Below are positions 34,407 through 46,108 of a stretch of DNA of 64,000 bases, in pieces; positions within the stretch are counted from its first letter, which is position 1, and each line of letters starts with the position of its first letter. The translations under genes were made by a program, and so were the position numbers. This DNA comes from Sphaerodactylus townsendi (Eukaryota), in contig NC_059425.1 of NCBI RefSeq assembly GCF_021028975.2, positions 27,838,001 to 27,902,000 of the forward strand, given 5' to 3'. A model generated the notes under the pieces. The model did no database searches, was not told where the DNA came from, and worked only from the letters and a program-made list of their open reading frames with translations.

Positions 34407-37400
34407 CTGTGAGAGGGAAAAATCAATAAACCCAGAAGAGTGAAAAGACTTTGGCATTATTAGCCAGCCCTCAGCACCCTTTAATCACTGTCTAGAGACC
34501 AAATGAAAGGTGGCAGGTGAGATTCTTGCCTCAGGGACAGCCATCCAATGCTCTGTACTTGGCACATCATGCCTGGATCTCAGTAACAATCTCGAATGTG
34601 GGGCACTGCCACTCTATTTATTTTAAAAACATTTCCCCCTGGCCCCTCATCAAAAAAAAAAAAAAGAAAGAAAAGAAAAAGACAGGTCATCCATACTAGT
34701 AAAATCTATTGATTAAAACAATCCGGTGCCACAAAATCATCTACGGTAATCAAACACCTCATCTTATCATCATATATTAAAGACACCACATATTAATCAG
34801 CTAAAACAAAACTAACTTGGGTTGGTTGCATCACACATTTCCCACAGACAGAAGAAGGTTTAGTATCCTCTGTGAATATTTAACAGGAAATTCCTCTTTC
34901 TCACCTCATTAAGCATGGTTCCGAAAAAGAGGTGCCACAACTTTGAAAGCTCCAGATCAGCCCACTGATGATTTCACCTAATGAATGACCACCACTAATG
35001 CCAGCTGTCCGTTCTTGTCATGCCCCTAGAGACACCCTCTCTATTTTCTTTATTCAAGCCTCAGTTGTACTCTTAGAGAATTGGCTTAATTGTTTTTGTG
35101 TAGTATTCTGTGGGAGGGAACCTTAGTTAAACCCTGTCCCTTTCAAAAGCCCTCTATAGGCAAGAGCACTGCAGTATTGTTGTTAGTTTGCAGCCCCTTT
35201 TTACAGTTTTGTTTAGTTTTCAGGTGTCTGGGGAAGGCTGGAGGCAACAATATCTCAAATGTATAAGGTGTTAGAGATCCATAGTATTTTGAGTTACATT
35301 CCAACAAAATTGCAGGAAAAACAGAGTCCAGATACACAGGAGAACTCAGAAGAAGAGGCAAGCAGAGCGGTTAGAAGCAGTTGCCTGGTGCCAGCAAGCT
35401 CTTCAAATAATCTTCAATTGTTTCCACCATCGCAAGTATGAGTCAGAGTTCTAAACTTTCAATGCTGTTACACCTGTCTTGGAACTGTTGCTCATTTGTC
35501 TGTGGGTCTTACATTCTGTTCTGGCCAAGTGCAAGGCACCTGATATTAGTTCGCTTGGGGAACAGAACAGCTCTTAACTGGCCCGTGGACTCAAATGGAA
35601 AGGGTGGTTTCAAGTACGTAAAGTCCAGATTTCTAAAGATATTTAGAGATTAACACTAGCATCTTGAATTAAGACCAGAAGCAAACTGGTAACCAGTGCA
35701 GTTGGTGCAAATATAATCATGCTGTCCGCTACCAGAGAACAGGTGAATGGCTGCATTTTCCTCCAGCTGGAACTTCTGGCTGTCTTCCAGGGCAGCCCCT
35801 GTATAGAGCATATTACAGTAGTCAACCTTAGAAGCTCCCGAAACATGGATCAGTGAGGCAATATTAGTCTGATCTAGAGGAACAAAAATGGAAAGAAAAT
35901 ATTCCAGGCCACTGCCAATGTGGGTTCAAGAATATCCTTAGACTTTTAATTTGATCAGATGGTTATATTTATTTTTATTAGATTTAATACCCTGCTCTCT
36001 GCTGCCAGAGCAGGGTCAGAGCAGCTCACAATAAATACATATACATAATATTAGTCATAAATGATGTCATTTAAAATAATAAACTTATAATCTATGTAGA
36101 ACTATATGAGCCTAAGACGCTAAACACAACCAGGGGTGGTTGCAACAGTCACCCATTTCTGTAAAAAGAAGAGAAAAGAAGGGAAGGGAAGGGAAGAGGG
36201 AAGGTAGCCAGCTAAGATGGAGGTACCTCCCACACTGCTGCACTTAATTATAGGCCTTGTGGAACAGATCTGCCTTGCAAGCCCTACTGAATTGGGATAA
36301 GTTCCACGTGTCCCTGGGCTCATTTGACGAGGCGTTCCACCAGGTGTGAGCCATCTATCACTGGTAGTGCCACCCACTTGAAAACACTGGCATGTCTAGC
36401 CTGTATTACCTAAATTTGCCTAAATCTGTTGAGAGTACTGAGAAGAATCAACATGATTCTCCTATCTCCTGCCTCTCCTATCATAAAGCTGGGGAGAGTA
36501 GGGATTAATATATGGGTAATATGTGAGTGATCTATAGTTAATAGTGCCATCTTTGTAATTTATATATTGAAATGTTTTAATTATTATTTATTGATGCTGA
36601 ATTTTTAAGACTGTGTTTTAAAGTGGCCAGGGAGGGCAGAGTATTAAGTTTAATAAAATTTTAAAAAATTAAAAATGAAAGTATTTTCATTTTTCTTCTG
36701 CTCCACAGAAATGGGTAACATCAATAGTTATCTGCAACTGATGAGCGTTCTCTGTTACAGTTCCAACTTTCTGCAAGGGCCCACCAGACATGGTTAGGAA
36801 GGTTCCTGTATTTTTTTATCATTTTTTAAAATGGAAATGTTCAGGGGGCATTTTTAAAAAGAGAACAGAGCTGTAGTTTTCATATCTGTGAAAAAAAAAC
36901 AGTATTATACTGGTTTTATTGCATTTATTGCACCATTTTATTGCTTTTTTATTTTGTCCATTATGTTGTTTTATTACAATTTTTAAAAATTGTAATCCAC
37001 CATCCATCTCAGTGAGAAAAGTGGGCTATAAGTTAAGTAAGTACATAAATAGCATCTGGATCAAAGAGGGTGTAGTAGAGTACTCCTGGGAACAGGCTAG
37101 GTTCTGATGGGCAAGTGCAAATAAAGAATAACAAATTACAGGATTGTAACAGTGATCTGATCTTATCAGCAGATTCTGAACAACATCAACGCATCATGGT
37201 AAGCTCTTGGTCCAAATTCAAAGATTAGCAGCCAATAGGTAGCTGTGGCTACATACCTAAGAACATTTTCCTGGAAGTAAGCCCCACTGAATAAAATGGG
37301 ACTAACTTCTGAGTAGACCAATTTAGGATGACTGCCCATGTGTATGTGAAATTTGAAATTGTAATTTTTGATACTCATTGTTACAATTCAGAAGAGTGAG

Positions 37401-38286
37401 AATTTGTTAAAATGTACACATCATTTCCACAGTATGTTGTGGGGATTTTCTTTCTGCAGATTCAGTGCAATAGCAACGGGGTTTCCATATGATGGGTTTA
37501 CCCACATTTTCCCGGCTCAAGTCTTTGATAGTGTCCATTCTATTCTTGGCCAGCTTTTTCAGTTTTTTTAAAACTAGACAATTGATATATAGGCAGAGTG
37601 TTATAACAATCTAATAGCTCCTCTGAATTCCCAACTGTTGTTTTTATACAAGTAAATTTTGTTCCTTGTGGAGATATAAGAGGAAAGGCCAGAGATATTT
37701 TAAAAATGAAAACTGAGACCCACTAGGCAAATTACTATAAATTATAAGTCTGTAGTGAGAGAATCCGTTTTGAATTCTAAGGCGTAGTAAAATTCTTTTG
37801 CTGTTGCCTTTCTCATGAGTTAAGAAAGTTTAATACTATCGGTGCTGTTAACTGGGGGTGACAGTTTATTTCCTCAAGGTCACTATGCTTGTCAAAAGAC
37901 GATGTCATCCTAATTAAGTTGAACCACAGAGACCAATTGCTTTGAGAAAGTTTAGTTTCATAGGAGAGGGGTAAACTTGCTTGCAGCCTAGAATGTTCTG
38001 GTCAGAGTGTGCCCAGATTGGTCAATTAATGATCACCTGTTGTGGCCAGCCTAAATCATAAATTAGTTATTTCAGTGTTGGCAATTACTCTCTTTCTTTG
38101 TTTCTGTCTCTCTACTCTGCCCAAAATTTTATTGGAACTTTGCACATGTACTGAAGACAACTAATACTTTTCTGCTTGTGTTTCTTTATGGTATGTAGTT
38201 ATCAGCCTTTTGTTATTTTCTTTGGGTAACTATTGCACTTTGATATGTGTTTCACGGTGTTTAAAAACCTGTATTTTAGCACCTTA

Positions 38287-38545
38287 AGAACATAAGAACA
38301 TAAGAACAAGCCAGCTGGATCAGACCAGAGTCCATCTAGTCCAGCTCTCTGCTACTCGCAGTGGCCCACCAGGTGCCTTTGGGAGTTCACATGTAGGATG
38401 TGAAAGCAATGGCCTTCTGTGGCTGTTGCTCCCGAGCACCTGGACTGTTAAGGCATTTGCAATCTCAGATCAAAGAGGATCAAGATTGGTAGCCATAAAT
38501 CGACTTCTCCTCCATAAATCTGTCCAAGCCCCTTTTAAAGCTAAA
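38287..38545 (-). mobile_element. Young CR1-type 3' end
   Basis: AAGAACAT repeat tail; same family as 21895 and 62390. Confidence 0.8.
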
Positions 38546-39871
38546 CCTTACTTTAATAATTTTTTAAAACATATTTTGGGATTTTTGAGTTTCTGGTTCA
38601 GAGCCCATAATTTGGAGTTGCTACCACCCCAAAGGCTGGGCCAGGTCTTTGACAAGCAGCATGTCAGTTGTTGAGATTTTTTAAGCGGAAAGCCCTCCGG
38701 CATCTTTTTTCTTTCCTAATCAGGACCAGCTACTCCTTCCAGTTGGAGCTTTCTTATTCAAATTTTGTGCCTGTGAATCTATGATTTGCACAAAATAATT
38801 ACTACTTCATTTTTTCCATCCAGGAAATGGGAGATCAATTGGCCATGCTAGCAGGGGCTGATGATAATTGTACTCCATAAACATCTGAAGCGCCAGAGTT
38901 GGACACCCCTGTCCTAGATGTACCCCGCTCTTGTGATTTCCCCCTCCCACAGCATCCTTCCGACTTTGTTCTGTTGCTAGTTAGTTTCTACCCCAATTCA
39001 AAGTTGTGACGTGCCAAACTCTAAAATGTCTACAGCCGTGATATCCTAACAACTACTTTTGCTCATATAAACCTGCGTAACCACTGAGCTCATTATGGAC
39101 ATGTTGGACAGCGCTGGCAGCTGATCTTCCGATCAAATGGGAATTATTATTCTCCTCACCAAATTTTGGAGGGTCCATGAATGAGTGGTGGAATGATCCA
39201 GAAGGTCCCAGTTTCAATTCCCAGCGTCTCCAATTAAAAGAATTAGGTAGGGGGAGATGTGAAAGTCCTCTGCTTGAGACGCAGGAGAATGGATTGCCAG
39301 TCAGAACAGACAACATTGACCTTGATAGACCAATATATAGGCCAATATAGGCCAATATAAGTCAGTTTAAAGCACACTCTTGTCCCATCTTGAAAAGCTG
39401 TGATATAGTAACTAAGCATTTGCTATAGCTGTCCTCTGAAAAGGGACTATGTGGATGGTTTCATGTCAGAGATTGTGTTGCAGCAGACTGTAGAACATGT
39501 CTTGTGCTTACACAGTACAAATATCAAGGCAGGAAGGCCTCTGCTTACCATTTTCATGTTTTGGCAGAGCAGGGAATTAGTTCATACCTGACTAATCCCC
39601 TTATAGTGGGAGATTTCTGAGCCTACAATCAAACAGCTGTGACATGCACAACAGCCAAAGTAAATCCAGGTCTCTTAGAGCTAGACCGCAGCCTGGTACC
39701 ATAACCACGACACTATGCTAGGCTGCCTAAGGAGTAAATCTCACTGAATTCAGTGAAATTTAGTAAAAATGCTTCAAATCACCAGCTTAGCAGGACTTGA
39801 CCAGTCATCACCACCGCAGTTACCACAGCCAGGAGCAACTTCTCATGCGCAGGTGCGAGGATGGAGTATTC

Positions 39872-40314
39872 TGTTAGGTCTCAAGCCTTGAATCAATAAA
39901 CGAACTCTGGATCGTTGATCAGTAGTGTTTATTGAAAAGGTAACGAAGCATCCAGCTTGCAAGAAGCCAGTTCTGACCAACCTGGCTTTCACAGCCTCCT
40001 TTATCCAGAAACAATCCCCCCTCCCATTTCCCCAAAGAATGTGAGTTACTTTGGAGCCTAGGTGCCCCCAAGGCAGAACAACAGAAACATCTCGTTTCCC
40101 ACGGGAGTAGTGAGTGTCAGGGATAAGACAAGTTATCTGCCAAGTGTGTGAAACCATAGGACAAAAATCAAGGCAAGAATGTTTCCATTACAGCAGTGGT
40201 AACAAACAGCAGGCTAAGTACATATATCTAAAAGCAGTTACATTGATGGGAATGCATCTCAATGACCCAGATTGGGCCAGATACAATCATCGCCCATATT
40301 TTATGTGGCCAACA
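39872..40314 (-). mobile_element. Possible solo LTR
   Basis: TGTTAG...CCAACA ends, ~440 bp, with a TATA-like site then AATAAA on the minus strand; no matching TSD found. Confidence 0.35.
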
Positions 40315-40429
40315 TAAGGCACCTGGTGGGCACCTGGTGGGCGAGTAGCAGAGTGCTGGACTAGATGGACTCTGGTCTGATCCATATGACATATGACATC
40401 AGGAATGCACCTCAGTCACCCAGGTGCCA

Positions 40430-41450
40430 TCCCTGACGCATTCAGAGCCGCGCATGCGTGTTGAGACTCTCCAGGGGATCCGCGGAGAATCCAAAACGCG
40501 CGCCTCACGCTGCAGCCAATCCGGGCCCTCCTTAAAGGGACGGCAGCAATAGGAGGTTGAAGGAGGCGCTATAGGTACAAGCAGGCTGAGGAAAAGAGAC
40601 GAAGATGCGAGAGCGTGATGACGTTAATACCGATGCCTGACGTACACCATCACGCCCCTCCGACAGAACGATCCTATCGGTCCTTCCTTTTCGTCTTCTT
40701 TTGTACTTGGATAGGACTTCAGTTCCCGTCATGTAACGCGGCGGAACCGGAAGCTCCCGTGCTTTCGCCGCCCGCCCCGCGGATGGGCGGGAGCGTCGGG
40801 GGAGCGGCTGCCGGGGTCTCCGGGCGGCGCAGGAGGAAGACGAGGCCGAGCGACGTTGAGCGACCCGGTGCGGGGGAGGTGCCCAGGGCTGGAGCGGCCG
40901 CCCTCCCCCCCGCCGGGCAAAATGCCCCGCCGGAAGCAGCGTAACCCACAGCCAGTCAAAGGTGAGGCAGGCCCGGCCCTCCTCCTCCGCCTCTTCTTCG
41001 TGAAGGGGCTGCCGGTGCCCTCGCTTCTCCCTCCAGGCTTCATGGCTGCTTCTCGAAACCGGAGGGACGCAGGGCTGTCCCCTCCCCTCCCGAAAATTGC
41101 CCCCCGACTAGGTAATCGCTCAGCGATTCTCTGGTCGGACAGTTCCACGGGGACCCATGAGGGCTAGAAACCTGTTTTTTTTTCCTTTTCCAAATTGGCG
41201 TAGGGGGGATCGGGTTTGGGATTGTGCCTGGGATGCTCCCCCACCCCCAATTTGCTGCCCGGGAGCCAAGTCTGCTTTGCGGTGTTTGCAAGCCCTTCTC
41301 TGAAGCGGGTTTCCTCTATTGCAGTGGAGGCCATTGGAGCTCCCGCTGAGCCCCCGGGAGACAGCCTGGCGCCGCAGGGCAGCTTCCTCCTGGAGGACGA
41401 GCTGGAGGACAGCGGCGACCAGATGCTGGCTTTCGAGAAAGATTCAGAAG
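40430..41450. promoter_or_regulatory. CpG island and promoter of ZNF513 (possibly bidirectional)
   Basis: CpG-rich; NRF1-like GCGCATGCG at ~40450, CCAAT at ~40516, TGACGT half-sites at ~40619 and ~40638, SBS-like GACTTCAGTTCCCGTCATG at ~40715, CCGGAAG at ~40747. Confidence 0.8.
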
Positions 41451-44400
41451 GTTGGTGCGGGGGGGGAGGGGAGGCAATAGTCCGTGGGTCCCCAGGTACC
41501 CCAAGAGCGATTCTCGGTTAGTAAGTTGATGGTGTCTTCGGCTGTCTTGGGTCGGTGGCGTTTCGGGTGTCCTCTGAATCCTTGCTTAGGTGGGTATGGA
41601 AGCCAAAGTGTCCTGCTTTCAAAACCGAACACTGGATGTTTCCTTCTCTCTCCTTTGTGATTACTGTGGGGTGTGCATTTGCTGGGAGGAGATGGTGAAG
41701 GAGAGAGATGTGGAGGTTTATGTAGAGTTTGCAGGAAGGGCAGCTGTTGGATTAGGTGAGGCCACAGGTTCAGGGGAGGGGAGCCTACAGGGGGGGAGGG
41801 TTCCTGCAGCTTAGGTCCCCCCACCCGGTAACCCCCTATTGTACCAGCAGGAAAGGGAGAGGCCAAGGTGATGATCCCCACAGCTGCCTACCTGATGCCC
41901 CCTCCTTGTGTGCTGCAGACTCACTAGAGGGGACGCCTGAGGAGGAGTTTGGACCTGTGTGTCAGACCCAGGAGGACAGAGAGACTGATGGTGGTCCCGG
42001 CCTGGCCTGTCAACACTGTGGCCTGCCTTCTGGCTCCGCCCCCTGCCGTCCCTGCCCGGAGGTGGAAGAAGGATCCCCTAAGGAGCGCATTGTCTTCTCC
42101 TGCCAGCTGTGCCCCTTCGCTTCGCATTACTCCAGCCACCTCAAACGGCACATGAAGACTCACAACGGTGAAAAGCCTTATCGCTGCCCACACTGCTCCT
42201 ACGCCTCGGCCCAGCTGGTCAACCTGACGCGCCACCTGCGCACCCACACAGGGGAGAAGCCATACCGCTGCCCCACTTGCCCATTTGCTTGCAGCAGCCT
42301 TGGCAACCTCAAGAGGCACCAGCGAGTCCACGGCCAGGAACGGCTGCCGCGCTGCAGCTCCTGCAACTGTCGCTGCATCCACAACAACTCTCTCCAGCAC
42401 AACAGCCAGCAGCTCCAGGGAGAATCAGAGCCAGAGTTGGAGGGACCTCCTGTAGCTGACCAGGAGACAGGTACCAGGCAGGATAGGGGTATTTCTGTTT
42501 GGGGGTGGGTAGGACTGGGAGGCACAGGAGCAAATATTAACAATGCCCTGTTAATGGTATAGCAAAAGTCACCCCCTCCCAGGCTGAAGCGTTCATGATT
42601 AGGGCAAAGGTTGTTTACCATCATTTGAGAGTAAATCTGCAACCTGGGCTGTTCCCTGCCCTCTTGGAACTCAGCCTCAACATGCTCTTCTGAAGTCTGC
42701 CTCTAGTTGCCGATTGAAAAACAAAACAAAAACCTCTCCATAAAATTACTACACAAGGAATGGTCAAAGGCTTTCACAGCTGGAATCACTAGTGTGTTGT
42801 GGGTTTTCCAAGTTGTATGGTCGTGTTCCAGTAGCATTTTCTTCAGAGGATCTCCTCTGAAGATGCCAGCCACAGATGCAGGTGAAACGTCAGGAGAAAA
42901 TGCTACTGGAACACGGCCATGCAACCTGGAAAACCCACAACACATTAGACTACACAATGTATGATGAATTATCGATCTGTAGTTTACCAAAGCTTGCGTC
43001 GGAACATATGTTCAAGGTGCCACAAGATTCCTGCCATTTTTGCTACAATAGACATAACACAGCCCCCCCCCCCCCCCTGAAATTTTAGACTTTGAAACCT
43101 TGGGATGGGGATTTGTCATCTTGTGCCATATTAGAAATGAGCAGCAACTTTGATGGGTATGGAAGCAGAAGCACCAACCTTCTCCTCAGGTAACATGACC
43201 ATGAGTTTGCTCTTGCTGCTGGGCCGTGCTTCTTCCTCAGTTTTATAGCTGTAGCTATTTCTCAAGAGCTTCAAAGATCAGGTTTGGAATTGGGTTGTAG
43301 AAAGTGATGTGGAGTCTCCACTAAAGGAGCAGATAGAATAGAATCATAAGAGTTGGAAGAGACCCCAAGGGCCATCAAGTCCAACCCCCTGCAATGCAGG
43401 AACACACAATCAAAGCACTCCTGTCAGATAACCATCCAGCCTCTCTTTAAAAACCTCCAAAGGAGACTCCACCATGCTCCGAGGTAGTGCATTCTACTGT
43501 TGAACAGCCCTTAGTGTCAGGAAGTTTTTTCTGATGTTTAGGTGGAATCTCTTTTCCTTCACCTTGAACCATTAATCCTGGTCCTAGCCTCTGGAGCAGC
43601 AGAAAACAAGCTTGCTCCCTCGCCAACATGACATCCCTTCAAATATTTTATTTATTTATTTATTTATCGAACGTATATACCACCCAACCCTCGAAGGGCT
43701 CTGGCTAAACATGGCTATCATGTCCGCTCTTAACTTTCTCTTCACCAAATTTACCATACGCAGCATCCCAAATCTATCCTTGTAGGGCATGGTTTCCAGA
43801 CCTTTTACCATTTTGGTTGCCCTCCTCTGGACTTGTTCCAGCTTGCCAATATCCTTTTTGAATTGCAGGGCCCAGAACTGTAAACAATATTCCAGGTGAA
43901 GTCTAACCAATGCAGATTTGAGAGGTACAATTACATGCCTTGATCTAGACACTATACTGTTGATACAGCCCAGAATCCCGTTGGCTTTCTTGGCCGCCGC
44001 ATCACACTGCTGACTCATGTTCAGTTGGTGGTCTACTAAGACTCCCAGATCCCTTTCACATGTAGTGTTGTCAAGCCAGGTGTCACCCATCCTATATCTG
44101 TACATTTCATTTTTTCTCCCTAAGTGTAGTATCTTACATTTGTCTCTGTTGAAGTTCATATTGTTTTGGCATGCCTCTCTAATCTGTCCAGGTCATTTTG
44201 AATTCTGACTCTGTCCTCTGGGGTATTAGCTACCCCTCCTAATTTGGCGGGCCTGAACGTATAGCTGCAGATCCTAGAACTGAACAGGCAACTTGGGAAG
44301 GTCAGCAACCGTGCTCACTGCTGCTTTCTTCCACAGAGCCACTGCTGCCTGGTTCCCCCTTTCTGCGGCCTGAAGACTCTGCCACTGTTCTCCCCGAGCT

Positions 44401-44983
44401 GCTATTCCCATTTACCTGCCGAGCCTGTGGACTGGTTCTGGAGGCTGACGAGGGCCTGGACGAGCCAGTGTGCGGGCGCTGCAGCCTGACAGTTATGGGG
44501 ACCGAGCCTGAGTCTCCTAAAGGCTTCTCGTGCCAGCTGTGTCCTTTTGTTACCACCTATCCCAACCACCTGGCACGGCACATGAAGACCCACAGCGGTG
44601 AAAAACCTTTCGCCTGTGCCCTCTGCCCATATGCCTCGGCCCACTTAGATAACCTCAAGCGCCATCAGCGAGTGCACACTGGCGAGAAGCCTTACAAGTG
44701 CCCGCTGTGCCCCTACGCCTGCGGCAACCTTGCCAACCTCAAGCGCCACGGCCGCATCCACTCGGGGGACAAGCCCTTCCACTGCCGCCTCTGTTCCTAC
44801 TCCTGCAACCAGAGCATGAACCTCAAGCGCCACATGCTGAGACATACCGGCGAGAAGCCTTTCCAGTGCCGCACCTGCCCCTACACCACTGGGCACTGGG
44901 ACAACTACAAGCGCCACCAAAAGGTGCATGGGCAGGTCTTGACAGATGAAGGGGAACCAGGCCCCGACAGCGGGATGCCCTAA
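40922..44983 (+). CDS. ZNF513: Zinc finger protein 513, 4 coding exons, 454 aa
   Basis: Exons 40922-40961 (MPRRKQRNPQPVK), 41325-41450, 41919-42470 and 44337-44983, total 1365 nt in frame. Two C2H2 clusters of 3 and 5 fingers (FASHYSSHLKRHMKTH; YTTGHWDNYKRHQKVH), plus synteny with PPM1G and SNX17. Confidence 0.96.
42762..42948. mobile_element. Palindromic Penelope-derived insertion carrying a hammerhead motif
   Basis: Arms 42790-42841 and 42896-42947 are inverted; flanking duplication ACTACACAA. Confidence 0.8.
42851..42897 (+). ncRNA. Minimal type I hammerhead ribozyme motif of the Penelope-like-element kind
   Basis: TCTCCT-CTGAAGA-T-GCCAGC-CACAGAT-GCAGGT-GAAAC-GTC-AGGAGA: CUGANGA and GAAA core, GUC site, 6-bp stem I, imperfect stem II, palindromic ACGU in place of stem III. 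Confidence 0.6.
43335..44246 (-). mobile_element. CR1 LINE 3' portion in ZNF513 intron 3
   Basis: ORF 43656-44159 (FNRDKCKILHLGRKN...ERDLGVLVD...[12 protein letters not shown]) is the CR1 ORF2 C-terminus; ATTCT repeat tail at ~43335. Confidence 0.92.
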
Positions 44984-45418
44984 AGCAGGGAGGAGATTCC
45001 TTGGCCATTTTCGGGGGGTGGTCCTGAAAGCTTCCGCACAGAACAGTAGCCATCAGCCTTCACTGCCTGTGGGGGTCGACGTCAGGATCTGACTTGCTAG
45101 CAAGCTTCCCGGGACTGGGTGGAAGCTGTGCATACCTCGGGGGTGGGGGTTTACCTTGTAAGCTCTGAACTGTGCTCCTGTTCTGCCCAAACACTTCTGA
45201 GGACTGGAGAAAGCAAACCATGCCATCTGCTCCTTAAGGTCCCATCTCACATCAGTGTGATTGATTCGGCCTGCTGCTCTGAGGGGGGCAGCTAAAGATG
45301 AGGGAGGGGAGGGGAAAGTTCCTGGTGCTTTTTCTGTCTTTTGTGCCTGCCTCACCTCCCCCTTCCTTTAACTGTGGTTGCTGCTTGAGTCTGTGTAATT
45401 TATATGGTGTATTAACGC

Positions 45419-45447
45419 ATTAAATGGTTTTCTTATCTTGCTTTATT
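45419..45447. terminator. Convergent polyA signals: ATTAAA (+, ZNF513) and AATAAA (-, SNX17)
   Basis: ATTAAA at 45419-45424 on + and TTTATT at 45442-45447 (AATAAA on -). Confidence 0.6.
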
Positions 45448-46108
45448 TTGGCTGAGGTGGGGAGGGGTTGTGTTCCGAACCCAGGGCCTTCTGCTGACCT
45501 GAAGGGAACAGGTTCAAAAAAGGCAGCTGTGGACTCTCTCTCCATTCCTTATCTTGAAAATAATTCCCAGAAGAGACACTGCAGCAGGAACGATGTAGGA
45601 CCCTTAAGCTCTCCCGCCCCCTCTGTGAGTAGAGCCCTTTGTGAAGTAGGTTAGCACCACCAGCCACTCTTTCTCTGGCAGGGGGAGGAGAATTTGTGTC
45701 ACAGCCAACTTTACTACAGAAAGAAGGGATCTGCACCAGAAGGGCTCGCAGGCTCCATTCCCAATCATGGACTATTTAATCATTGCCACAAACATTCGTT
45801 AATGTTCATCTGTAAACAGCAGGAAGATTAAAACAAGGTTACAAGCCTAGCGATTATGCTGGAGTCTATGGTTAGTGCCAGAGCCACGAGGGCTCTTTTT
45901 GTGCGAGTGTCCACTCTACCCTAACTTGGCATGTATGGAGCTGAAGCTGCCAGCCGGTTGCCCCATGTGGCTGCCTTGCAAAGGGCAAAGCAAGTCCCCA
46001 TAGGCTGCAGGCACGGAGGACAGGGGAGGCCAGGCCAGGGTTGAGGCACATCCATATCACAACCCAGGAGCAGGTTATACATTCCACAGGTGCGACAGAG
46101 CTGAGCAC

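Noticed and set aside
43656-44159. 167-aa ORF as a possible nested gene
   Set aside because: It is the C-terminus of CR1 ORF2 from a 5'-truncated insertion.
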